Below, piece by piece: positions 26,935-36,013 of a stretch of 64,000 nt of DNA; position 1 is the first letter of the stretch; every line of letters begins with the position of its first letter. Below the pieces are notes generated by a model, which saw only the letters and a program-made list of their open reading frames with translations, was not told the DNA's origin and did no database searches. Source of the DNA: Candidatus Hydrogenedentota bacterium (GTDB taxonomy: Bacteria > Hydrogenedentota > Hydrogenedentia > Hydrogenedentales > JAGMZX01); assembly GCA_018005585.1 (NCBI GenBank), contig JAGMZX010000009.1, forward strand, positions 6,185 through 70,184. Reading direction: 5' to 3'. The position numbers and the translations under genes are program-made.

Positions 26935-28113
26935 ATGCACAACCCTCCGCGTATCTTAAGTATCGAAGATGAGGCGACCGTCCGGCGCGGCATGGCCGCC
27001 TACCTGACGGACAGTGGTTACGAGGTTATCGAGGCAGAGAACGGGCGGATCGGCCTGCAGCGCGTTCTTCTTGATGAACCGGACCTGATCCTCTGCGACT
27101 TGCGCATGCCGGAACTCGACGGCATGCGGGTGTTGTCTGAAGTGCGCCGGCTTGTTCCGGAATTGCCGTTCATCATCGTCTCAGGTTCCGGTGAGATGAT
27201 AGACGCGATCGAAGCGCTGCGCCTGGGGGCGTGGGACTATCTCCTGAAACCCATTGAGGACATGGGAATTCTGGAACATGCCGTGAAGCGCGCGCTGGAC
27301 CAGGCGCGTCTTATCCAGCAGAACCGCAAATACCGGGAGGACCTCGTCGCCACCAACCGCCGTCTGCAGCAAAGCCTGCAACAACTGGAAGAGGACGAGA
27401 CGGCGGCCCGGTACATCCAGTTCCAGTTGCTTCCCCAGCGGTCGACGGTGCTCAACGGCGTCCTGTTCGATTATTTCTTGAGGACTTCCGCGTTTCTCAG
27501 CGGAGATTTTCTGGACTATTTCAAGATCAACGACGCGCAAACGGGTTTTTACGTGGCGGACGTTTCCGGGCACGGGGTCTCGTCCGCTTTCGTCACGGTG
27601 CTGCTCAAGAATACGATCAGCCATTTGATCGACGAATACCGCGAGTTCAAGAACGATACTATCCTGGACCCCGGCCGGGTACTGAAACTGCTGAATGACC
27701 GGATTCTCGCACGGAAATTCGACAAGCACCTCACCATGTTCTTCGCGGTGATCGACACGGGGCAACAGGTCATGCGGTACGGGAACGCAGGGCATTTCCC
27801 CTATCCGGTCTTTCATGACGGGCAGTCGGCACATTTCCTGGCCGACACGCATCTGCCCGTGGGCATGTTTGAGGATTGGACGTATGCTTCCAAGACGCTG
27901 ACGCTGCCGGAGTCTTTCGCTTTGGCCATATTCTCTGACGGCGTCTTCGAGGTGTTCCCGGCACACCGGCTGCTCGACAAGGAGAACCGGCTGCTCTCGC
28001 TGATGGAGCCGTGCGTCCCGGACATCGAGACCGCGGTGGACGCTTTGGGGCTTGCGCGGCCAGGACAGGTGCCTGACGACATATCGGTGCTCTTGCTCAA
28101 GAAAGGAGGCTGA
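26935..28113 (+). CDS. Response regulator receiver domain fused to PP2C-type (SpoIIE/RsbU-like) serine phosphatase
   Basis: Receiver motif 'ILSIEDEATVRRGMAAYL...LILCDLRMPELDG...VSGSG'; PP2C region 'GDFLDYF...YVADVSGHGVSSA...FSDGVFE'. Confidence 0.85.
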   Translation: MHNPPRILSIEDEATVRRGMAAYLTDSGYEVIEAENGRIGLQRVLLDEPDLILCDLRMPELDGMRVLSEVRRLVPELPFIIVSGSGEMIDAIEALRLGAWDYLLKPIEDMGILEHAVKRALDQARLIQQNRKYREDLVATNRRLQQSLQQLEEDETAARYIQFQLLPQRSTVLNGVLFDYFLRTSAFLSGDFLDYFKINDAQTGFYVADVSGHGVSSAFVTVLLKNTISHLIDEYREFKNDTILDPGRVLKLLNDRILARKFDKHLTMFFAVIDTGQQVMRYGNAGHFPYPVFHDGQSAHFLADTHLPVGMFEDWTYASKTLTLPESFALAIFSDGVFEVFPAHRLLDKENRLLSLMEPCVPDIETAVDALGLARPGQVPDDISVLLLKKGG

Positions 28114-28115
28114 GG

Positions 28116-28628
28116 GTGGACACAGGTAACATCCTGTATGCGCGGCGGGGCGACTTGGTGGCGCTGAAGTTTGTGGGGAGAATTGGCTTTGCACAGGGCG
28201 GCTCCCGGCATCTTCTGGCATCCTTGAATACCTTCTTGAATGGCCTGTTTGAAGCCGGGGATGTCAGGTACTTCCTGGTCGACCTTACGGAAGCCTCAGG
28301 GATAGACAGCACGGGTCTGGGGCTGCTGGCCAAGATAACGAAGCACACCATACAGCGGTTCAGCCGAAAGGCCATCCTCCTGACGATGACGGAAGATATG
28401 GAACGCATTCTGGAAAGTATGGGCTTTCACGCCGTCTTCCTCATCATTCATGGGCCGCCGGAACAGTGCACGGACCTGACCTCCCTGCCGGAAGTCGAGG
28501 AAAGCGACCGTGAATGGGCGTGTACCGTCTTGGCCGCGCATAAGGAACTGTGTGCACTGAACGAGGCCAATCGCGAGACGTTCCGGGGCGTGGTCGATAC
28601 GCTCGAAGACGCACTGGAGCACCGCTAG
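28116..28628 (+). CDS. STAS-domain protein (anti-sigma factor antagonist-like) with an about 60-aa C-terminal extension. Likely substrate of the upstream RR-PP2C phosphatase.
   Basis: 3-bp spacing from the PP2C gene; STAS-like 'DLTEASGIDSTGLGLLAKI'. Confidence 0.65.
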   Translation: MDTGNILYARRGDLVALKFVGRIGFAQGGSRHLLASLNTFLNGLFEAGDVRYFLVDLTEASGIDSTGLGLLAKITKHTIQRFSRKAILLTMTEDMERILESMGFHAVFLIIHGPPEQCTDLTSLPEVEESDREWACTVLAAHKELCALNEANRETFRGVVDTLEDALEHR

Positions 28629-29001
28629 GGTCCGTTTTCCGTGGCCGTCTCTCCTGATTTGACCGGACTGCGGGTCAGGTACCCCGGCGTGTGGGGGGGC
28701 GTGCAAGTGCTGTGTCTCCCGGGGTCGTATAGCGAACGTTAGAGAGGAGGGCCCTCGCCAAAGGAAACGCGGGGTGAGGACTTCCAAGAGGACTTCGCAG
28801 GAAGCGTGGACTGCAACGCTTTGCGCCGGTGGAAGCGCCAAGGTGCACGACGAGGACGTCGGGTTTATGCGATGCGTGGTTTTGTGCGCCCCGCGAATAA
28901 CGGGTTGCCGAAGGTGGCCGGCCACAAGCTGTGTGGGCGGTCTGACAGATTGGCTACCGCTAATGGGGGTTGCGGTGGGCATCATATGGTATTTTAGGTC
29001 T

Positions 29002-29030
29002 TGACATGCCACAAGATGTTGAATACACTA
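29002..29030 (+). promoter_or_regulatory. Near-consensus sigma70 promoter TTGACA-N17-TACACT, about 270 nt upstream of the MltD-like gene
   Basis: Read directly. Confidence 0.55.
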
Positions 29031-29302
29031 TGCGCATGGAGAGCCTTACGGCACGGAGGCCGAGGGCGGTGTGGGAGGCGGGGGCGCTGGGTCGGGGAAG
29101 GCGGATGGCGGAGAGGTTCAGACCCGCTGGCGGAGATGGCCTGGTATCATGCCCGGCCGGGTGTGTCGGCGGTTCTGGACGGAGATGGGGTGCAGCGGCC
29201 GTTCCCGTCGGGATGTGCCGCGCGAGCAAGGGAAGCACGACCGGCGACGCTCTGTAACGAATCCGCGCGCGCCAACGGTAAGCACAGGAGCGTACAATCC
29301 TC

Positions 29303-31573
29303 ATGAAGCAGAGTACCCGATTTTTGTGCCTGGCCGGGATCCTGGCGATTGTGCTGGCGGCCGGTTGCGCCAAGGACGTACACCAGTTCGAGCCGTTGCC
29401 GGCGGGAAGCGTCGGTGCGGCGGACCTGGCGGCGCCGGCCGAGCCGCGTTCTGTGACGGAACTGCTGCGCGACGCGGAGAAGGCGTTCCAGGAGGCGAAT
29501 GCGGCGCAGGAACGGGGCGACCACGAGGCGGCCCTGCGCCAGTACACGGTGATGCTCGAGCTGCTCATCGAGGCCGACCTGGACCCGGGCATCTTTTACT
29601 CGCTCCGGGGGGAATTTGAGACGGTCTTGAATACATCGACGCACCACGCGAGCGCATTCGACCACCGGCGGCGCCACCTTTTCTCAGAAGACGATTTTGG
29701 GGCCCTGCAAGGCTATAGTGAAATCCCGATACCCTTTCCGCTGCCGGAGCGGGTCTTGGCGGAGATAGACGAAATCCAGACGGGCTACCCGAAGAATTTT
29801 CAGGCGGGCTTGGACCGGGCCCAGAGATATTTGCCCTATATCCGGGAGGAATTGCGCAAAGCCGGCCTTCCGGAAGAGGTTGCCTGGGTGGCCATGGTCG
29901 AGAGCCTGTTCACCCCGAAGATTGTGTCGCGTGCGGGCGCGGGCGGCATGTGGCAGTTCATGAAGAGCACGGGCAAGCGCTACAACCTGCGCATCGATAG
30001 CCATGTTGACGAACGTTACAATTGGCAGAGTTCAACACGGGCCGCTATCGGCTATTTGACCGACCTCTACCGGATGTTCGACGGCAACTGGGGGTTGGCC
30101 GTTACCGCGTATAACATGGGTGAAGGCGGGCTCGAACGGGCGATTGCGGACAATGGCGGCGACCGGAATCTCTGGACACTGCTCGAGACAGCGCCCGCAG
30201 CGAATCGTATCCCGCTGGAAGCCAAGAAGTACTATTCGCGATTTCTGGCGACGCTCATCGTGGCCAGCAACCCGGAACGCTACGGATTCCGCACGAACCC
30301 GCAGCCGCCGGAGAACACGGTACGCCTTGCGGTCAAAGGCATGTATTCGCTGAACGAGCTGGACAAAGCCATGGGCCTGCCAACGGGTACGCTCGAGGCG
30401 CTGAATCCCGACCTGGTCCAGCGCGTCACGCCGCCGACGGGCGAGTATCCCGTCGCCGTGCCGGTCGAGCATCGTCAGACCTTTCTGGCGGCACTGCAGA
30501 AGGTCAAGACGGTCCAATACGCGGGGGGCACGCACACCGTCCGCCGCGGCGAGACCGTCGCGGCAATCGCCTCACGCTATGGCGTGAGCGCGGACGAACT
30601 GATGCGGCTGAACGGGATCCGGTCCGCGCGGCACTTGCAGGCCGGTGCGCGGTTGAAGCTGCCGTCGAGCGCCCAGGTGGCGTCGAATGAGTCCGCGCAA
30701 GGCGGCGCTCCCTCGGCGATGGACACGCCGTCCCAGCCCGCGCCGCCCAAGACGTATCGGGTCAAGTCGGGCGACACATTGTATGACATTGCGCGCGCGC
30801 ATCATGTCAGCGTGAGCGACATCCAGGAGTGGAACAAGCTGGGCCGCACGGCGCGCATTCAGGTGGGCCGCACGCTATATGTGTCCGACCCGTCCTTGAA
30901 GACGGCCAAGGCCGCCCCGGCAGCCGCTCCCGAACCGGCGCCGGAACCGGAGCCTGCGCGTGGGGAAGAGGTGGCAGCGGCCAAGGACGAGCCGGAGGTC
31001 GCGTTCCATACGGTGGTTGCGGGTGAGTGTCCGGCGGTCATTGCCCAGAAGTACGGGATGAACCTCGACGCCTTTCTCGCGCTGAACCGGCTGACGAAGA
31101 CGTCGACAATCCGGGCGGGCGACAAACTGCGCGTGCGCGGCGGCGGTGGGGGCGCTGCGGCGGCGAAGGCGGCGCCCGCGCCTGAACAGCCGGAAGAGGC
31201 GAAAGTGGTGCACAAAGTGGCCGCAGGCGAGACTGCCGGCGCTATTGCCCAGAAATATGGGGTGAGCACGCGCGACCTGCTCGCCTGGAATAAGCTGACG
31301 GCGAGCTCCGTGCTCCATGTGGGCGACGAGCTCGTGATACACAGGAAAGGCGCGCCTGCCGCCGCGGAAGCGTCCTCCGAGCGGATTGTCACGGCGTCAA
31401 ATGCCTCGGAAGGCGGAACTGGGAGGATTGTGCACGTGGTGGCGCGCGGCCATAATCCCACGACAATCGCACGCCGCTACGGCGTCAGCGTCAGCGACCT
31501 GTTCCGATGGAATGAATGGCCCAGGAATCACGTGCTGCGCGTCGGCGATCAAGTCGTTGTCTTCAAGAATTGA
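29303..31573 (+). CDS. Membrane-bound lytic murein transglycosylase (MltD-like). Lipoprotein signal, SLT domain and 5 LysM repeats.
   Basis: Lipobox 'LAAGC'; SLT motifs 'WVAMVESLFTP...AGAGGMWQFMKSTG...AYNMGEG'; repeated LysM 'Y.V..GDTL..IA..Y'. Confidence 0.85.
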   Translation: MKQSTRFLCLAGILAIVLAAGCAKDVHQFEPLPAGSVGAADLAAPAEPRSVTELLRDAEKAFQEANAAQERGDHEAALRQYTVMLELLIEADLDPGIFYSLRGEFETVLNTSTHHASAFDHRRRHLFSEDDFGALQGYSEIPIPFPLPERVLAEIDEIQTGYPKNFQAGLDRAQRYLPYIREELRKAGLPEEVAWVAMVESLFTPKIVSRAGAGGMWQFMKSTGKRYNLRIDSHVDERYNWQSSTRAAIGYLTDLYRMFDGNWGLAVTAYNMGEGGLERAIADNGGDRNLWTLLETAPAANRIPLEAKKYYSRFLATLIVASNPERYGFRTNPQPPENTVRLAVKGMYSLNELDKAMGLPTGTLEALNPDLVQRVTPPTGEYPVAVPVEHRQTFLAALQKVKTVQYAGGTHTVRRGETVAAIASRYGVSADELMRLNGIRSARHLQAGARLKLPSSAQVASNESAQGGAPSAMDTPSQPAPPKTYRVKSGDTLYDIARAHHVSVSDIQEWNKLGRTARIQVGRTLYVSDPSLKTAKAAPAAAPEPAPEPEPARGEEVAAAKDEPEVAFHTVVAGECPAVIAQKYGMNLDAFLALNRLTKTSTIRAGDKLRVRGGGGGAAAAKAAPAPEQPEEAKVVHKVAAGETAGAIAQKYGVSTRDLLAWNKLTASSVLHVGDELVIHRKGAPAAAEASSERIVTASNASEGGTGRIVHVVARGHNPTTIARRYGVSVSDLFRWNEWPRNHVLRVGDQVVVFKN

Positions 31574-31577
31574 CGGG

Positions 31578-31598
31578 TTCGAGCGGCGCGCGCGGCCG
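31578..31598. terminator. Palindromic hairpin GAGCGGC-gcgcgcg-GCCGCTC between convergent genes (weak, possibly bidirectional terminator)
   Basis: Read directly; only a short T run (TT) follows. Confidence 0.3.
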
Positions 31599-31639
31599 CT
31601 CTTCCCGGAGCAGCCATGAGGGCCGCGGGGATAGACGCA

Positions 31640-31996
31640 TCACTTCTTCCGGTCCGGTTTCGCGAAATCCCACTTGACCTTGTACTTGACCGTGGCTTCC
31701 GGACCTTCTTCGTAGTCCAGGTCCGCGCTGAGGCCGGTTTCCCGCCCGATATTCAACCGCGGCCGGCCCTTCTCGTCCATATATACTGCCGCGCGCGATT
31801 TGCCTTCCTCGCCCATAAGGACGACCTCGTCGCCGCCGCGCAGCCGTTCCAGGCGCTGTTGAAACGCGCGCTCGCGGACTTGGCCGCGCCGCCAATCCTG
31901 CGTGAAGGGCTGGGGACTGTCGGGACCGGTTGCGCACGCCGCAAGCCACGCCGCAACCGACGAGGCACACACATTGATTAAAAAGGTCCTGAACAT
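31640..31996 (-). CDS. Small predicted lipoprotein (hypothetical)
   Basis: Signal plus lipobox 'VAAWLAAC'; 118-aa ORF in an intergenic-sized slot; no recognisable domain. Confidence 0.45.
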   Translation of the reverse strand: MFRTFLINVCASSVAAWLAACATGPDSPQPFTQDWRRGQVRERAFQQRLERLRGGDEVVLMGEEGKSRAAVYMDEKGRPRLNIGRETGLSADLDYEEGPEATVKYKVKWDFAKPDRKK

Positions 31997-32173
31997 GACC
32001 TTGGCCGTTGGCCTCCATGCGTCCGCTCATCGTCTCATCCCTATTCTACCGCATTTCCCCGTGGTCCTGACCGGAATTCGCGGCATCTCTCTGACGGGGC
32101 CGGGAGGCAGCGCGCACGGGGTATTCCTCGGGCCGGTTGTATTCCGGCCGGACAAGACGGTAGCATCCTTTCC

Positions 32174-33253
32174 ATGAATGCGGCCCCGGGCGCCATAAAC
32201 ATAGTTTCGCCCCTCGAATGGGAGGCGGGCCGGCTGACCATTCTGGACCAGACCCTCTTGCCGCAGGAAACGCGCCGTATCGAACTTGCCACACTGCATC
32301 AGGTCCACGAAGCCATTCGCAGTCTGCGTGTGCGCGGCGCACCGGCGATCGGCTGTTGCGCGGCCTTCGGCGTGCTTGTCGGCGTTCTCGAAAAACGCCC
32401 GGACACCGTTAGGGATGCGCTTCGTGCGGCGGAGGAAGCCGCCGCGTATCTGGCTGCTGCACGCCCGACGGCGGTGAACCTGTTCTGGGCGGTGGAGCGC
32501 ATGCGCGCGGCTGCCGTGGCTAACGCGGGCGCGGAGAGCGTGTCCGCCTTTCTGTCGCGCCTCGAAGGGGAGGCGGTGGGGATTCTCGAAGAGAACCGGC
32601 GTATCTGCCTCGCCATCGGCGAACACGGCGCGGCCCTGGTCCATGCCGGGGACGGTGTGTTGACTCACTGTAATGCGGGGCCCCTTGCCACCGCGGGCTA
32701 CGGCACGGCGCTGGCGGTGGTTTTCCGGGCATGGGAACTGGGCCGGCGCGTTCGGGTCTTTGCCGGCGAGACACGCCCCTTGCTGCAAGGCGCGCGTCTT
32801 ACCGCGTGGGAATTGGCGCAAGCGGGAATAGACGTGACGCTCATTTGCGACAACATGGCCGCGCAAGTGATGCGCGAAGGCCGCGTGCAGCTGGTCGTGG
32901 TCGGCGCGGACCGCATCGCCGCGAACGGCGACACCGCAAACAAGATCGGCACTTACGGACTCGCCTTATTGGCACAGAACCACGGAATCCCCTTCTACGT
33001 GGCCGCACCCTCTACCACCTTTGATTTTGCGTTGCGGGATGGCGCGGGCATTCCGATAGAAGAGCGCAGCGCGGAAGAAGTCACGGAAGGATTTGGCCGC
33101 AGAACCGCGCCGGAAGGGATTCGCGTCTATAACCCGGCGTTCGATGTGACCCCCGCGGAACTGATTGCGGGATTCATCACGGAAAAGGGCGTATTGCGGC
33201 CGCCGTACCTGAAAGGCTTGGAGGTTCTCGGGCCGGGGGGAAATAGGACGTGA
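32174..33253 (+). CDS. mtnA: S-methyl-5-thioribose-1-phosphate isomerase (eIF-2B alpha/beta/delta family)
   Basis: 'LTILDQTLLPQE', 'VRGAPAIGCCAAFG', 'VGADRIAANGDTANKIGTY'. Confidence 0.85.
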   Translation: MNAAPGAINIVSPLEWEAGRLTILDQTLLPQETRRIELATLHQVHEAIRSLRVRGAPAIGCCAAFGVLVGVLEKRPDTVRDALRAAEEAAAYLAAARPTAVNLFWAVERMRAAAVANAGAESVSAFLSRLEGEAVGILEENRRICLAIGEHGAALVHAGDGVLTHCNAGPLATAGYGTALAVVFRAWELGRRVRVFAGETRPLLQGARLTAWELAQAGIDVTLICDNMAAQVMREGRVQLVVVGADRIAANGDTANKIGTYGLALLAQNHGIPFYVAAPSTTFDFALRDGAGIPIEERSAEEVTEGFGRRTAPEGIRVYNPAFDVTPAELIAGFITEKGVLRPPYLKGLEVLGPGGNRT

Positions 33254-33259
33254 CGGCAC

Positions 33260-35269
33260 TTGTCGTATGACGCGTTTGTAGAGCATGTCTTGGACAGGTC
33301 TCCGGAAGAGGCCTGTTCCATGACCTTGGAGGACGTTGCGCTGTGCGCGGCGTGGTGCGAATCCAAGGGGGAGACGCTTGCGGACCAGGCGAGCCGTATT
33401 CAGGCCCTTGAGGCGCGTTGGGCCGCTGAACACGAGCCGCCAGCCACTCTGTTTGAAGGGGGCCGGCAGCAACCCCTGCTCAGGAAACTGATTGACGAAT
33501 TGCGTGCCGGGAGCCTTGCCCGGCTTGCCCGAGACGAGCTGGATTTTCTCTGCATTGCTTACGAACTCATGGGGCGCGCGGCGCGGCCCGAGGAGTTTGC
33601 CCGGCCGCGGTCCTGCATCGAACCCCACATCGAGGCTATTATCCAAAGGCGCGCGGAACTTCCGGTGGCGCCCGGGCTGCCGGCCCTGGAACACCGCGTG
33701 ACCCTGGTTCTGCCGCGGGAATTAGAGGCGGCGCCGGTGCGTCGGCTGACCGCGTTTGCCGGGATGGCCCTTCCCTTCACGGGGCATGTGCTGCAGCATT
33801 GGGGCACGGTCCGTATAGTCGGGGACGTGCCGGAAGACTGTGCGGTGGCAGTCGAGGAAGGCGACTGTTACGTGGGCGGTTACGTGCTGGGCCACGTGGC
33901 GGCTACCTTCTGTTGCGAAGTGTGCCGGAACGTGTCCGGCGCCGTGGTGGTGCGCCGGGGCGACGTATCCCTGCGCGACATCATCGACCATGCGCTTGTG
34001 GTCAGCAAGCATGGTTCGGTTCGGTGCCGCGCGTCGCGAAGGCCGCGCCTGGTCTTCGCGCAACAGCAGTTCCTCGCACGGACGTGCGTGGCGGGCGGCC
34101 TTTATTTCGCCGCGGCCGTCCAGGTGCAGGGCGAAGTCTTCGGCGGAACGCTGCACATCGCGGGTACGGGGCGGGCGTCGCGTTTTCGCTGTGATCCTGA
34201 ACACGCGCTGATGATTGTGCTGCGCCGCGGCTTGAACCACGGCGATTACGGCGAACGCATGCCGGAAGACGCGCTGCGCCTGCTATTGCGCGCGCGCATG
34301 TTGCGGCGGCGCGCGAAGGACTTGCGCGACATGACCGCAATGGCCCGGCGCGAGTCGGAGCATTTTGCGCGCAATGCCCTGCTGTTCTTGTCCGGCGGCG
34401 ACCGGGTCACGGCGTCCGTCGAGCGCCTTGAGACCGCGGAACGGCGTCTGGCGTTCCTGGACCGGGTCATCGCAGGCATGGAATCGATGATGGAACGGCT
34501 GGATGAGCGCCTGAATGCGCGCAAACTGTCGGAAGAACGGCAACCCGTTGACGAGGCCGATGACACGACGCTCGAGGCGCTGCGGCGCGAACTGCAATCC
34601 CTGGAATCCGAGGGCGGCATCGACGAGGAACTGGCGCGCAAGCGCGACGAAGTCCTCAAGCTTCAACATGACCTGCGGGACCGGCGCTCGGAGCTTGGCG
34701 AGGCGCTGGCATTGCTCCGGGGTCTGCTGGAACGCGTGTCCGCGTGGCAGAACGAACGGCAGACGCTCGCCGGCAGCATCGAAGCCATGCGCGCGGAGGT
34801 CCAACAGGGGATTGGGCGCGTGGCCGTCCTGGACCGGGCCGGCAACGGCCTGCCGGGCCTGAAAATCTTGCAGCAGGTGCTGACGGCAGCCCGCGAAGAA
34901 CCCGCAGCCTCGCCTGTGGCCGCGCGGTTGCGGCATCCTTTCATGAAGCTCATGCTGCGCAACATCGAGCAACACGGCAATCGTGTGCGCGCCTTTGCGG
35001 CAACGCTTCGGGAGACCTGCGACGAATATGCGGAGGCAGCGCGCGTCCTGCAAACAGAGCATCACGTGCAACTTCCCGGCGCGGCATCTGGCGAGGAAGA
35101 ACCCGGCGGCCGGGTCACGGGCGCGTTTGACGCAGGCGTGCGCATCTACGCGAACTTGCGCGCGTTCGAGACGGACGCCCCCGAGGGCCGCGGACGTGTC
35201 ACGACCGCCGCAAGCGCGGATTCCGTAACCTACCGGCTGGGCCACGCGGGAACGGTTGAGCGTGCCTGA
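33260..35269 (+). CDS. Large hypothetical protein (669 aa): central Gly/Val-rich beta-helix-like repeats (bactofilin/FapA-DUF342-like) followed by a long C-terminal coiled coil
   Basis: 'VRIVGDVPEDCAVAVEEGDCYVGGYVLGHVAATFCCEVCRNVSGAVVVRRGDVS' and E/R/L-rich heptad region 'ERLETAERRLAFLDRVIAGMESMMERLDERL...'. Same strand and tight spacing with mtnA and cmk. No domain confirmed; the exact start is uncertain. Confidence 0.5.
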   Translation: MSYDAFVEHVLDRSPEEACSMTLEDVALCAAWCESKGETLADQASRIQALEARWAAEHEPPATLFEGGRQQPLLRKLIDELRAGSLARLARDELDFLCIAYELMGRAARPEEFARPRSCIEPHIEAIIQRRAELPVAPGLPALEHRVTLVLPRELEAAPVRRLTAFAGMALPFTGHVLQHWGTVRIVGDVPEDCAVAVEEGDCYVGGYVLGHVAATFCCEVCRNVSGAVVVRRGDVSLRDIIDHALVVSKHGSVRCRASRRPRLVFAQQQFLARTCVAGGLYFAAAVQVQGEVFGGTLHIAGTGRASRFRCDPEHALMIVLRRGLNHGDYGERMPEDALRLLLRARMLRRRAKDLRDMTAMARRESEHFARNALLFLSGGDRVTASVERLETAERRLAFLDRVIAGMESMMERLDERLNARKLSEERQPVDEADDTTLEALRRELQSLESEGGIDEELARKRDEVLKLQHDLRDRRSELGEALALLRGLLERVSAWQNERQTLAGSIEAMRAEVQQGIGRVAVLDRAGNGLPGLKILQQVLTAAREEPAASPVAARLRHPFMKLMLRNIEQHGNRVRAFAATLRETCDEYAEAARVLQTEHHVQLPGAASGEEEPGGRVTGAFDAGVRIYANLRAFETDAPEGRGRVTTAASADSVTYRLGHAGTVERA

Positions 35270-35338
35270 AGCACCGTGATAGCATCCGTCTTCTCTCGAC
35301 GCCGCAAGAGGCCGCGGCGTTTCCGGGCCGGAGGTCTG

Positions 35339-36013
35339 ATGCCGAGAATCACCTGGATCGTGGCTATTGACGGCCCCGCGGGCGCGGGGAAGAGCACGAC
35401 GGCGCGGCGCGCCGCCGAGGCGCTCGGTTTCGCGTTTCTCGATACGGGCGCCATGTATCGCGCGGCGACGTGGTGGGCGTTGCACAACGGCGTCGACCTC
35501 GATGACGCGGCGGCGCTCGCCGCTTCCACCGAAGCCATGCAATTGGAGATAGCAGAGGCCGGGGGCAGGCAGCGGGTGACGGTCGGCGGCAGGGACGTGA
35601 CGGAAGCGATCCGCACGCCCGAAGTGACGCGGCTCATTTACAGGGTCGATCAGAATCCCGCGGTGCGGCGGCGCCTGGTCGCCCTCCAGCGGGAGCTAGG
35701 CGCGCGCGGCCCAACAGTGGCCGAAGGCCGGGATATCGGGACGGTCGTGTTTCCGGACGCCGCCTGCAAGGTCTATCTGGACGCTTCCTTGGACGAGCGG
35801 ACACGCCGCCGCGCCCGCGAACTGGAAGCCAGGGGCATCGCCGTCGATTTCGACGCGCTGCGCGCGGAAATCCACGACCGAGACGAGAAGAACAAGAACC
35901 GGCAGCAGTCGCCCTTGCGCCAGGCGGACGACGCCGTGCTGGTCGATACGACGGCTATGAGCCCCGACGAAGTCGTACACGCCATTGTGCGTCTTGCACG
36001 GGAGCGCCTGTGA
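35339..36013 (+). CDS. cmk: Cytidylate kinase
   Basis: P-loop 'IAIDGPAGAGKST', 'LDTGAMYRA', 'GRDIGTVVFPDA'. Confidence 0.9.
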   Translation: MPRITWIVAIDGPAGAGKSTTARRAAEALGFAFLDTGAMYRAATWWALHNGVDLDDAAALAASTEAMQLEIAEAGGRQRVTVGGRDVTEAIRTPEVTRLIYRVDQNPAVRRRLVALQRELGARGPTVAEGRDIGTVVFPDAACKVYLDASLDERTRRRARELEARGIAVDFDALRAEIHDRDEKNKNRQQSPLRQADDAVLVDTTAMSPDEVVHAIVRLARERL

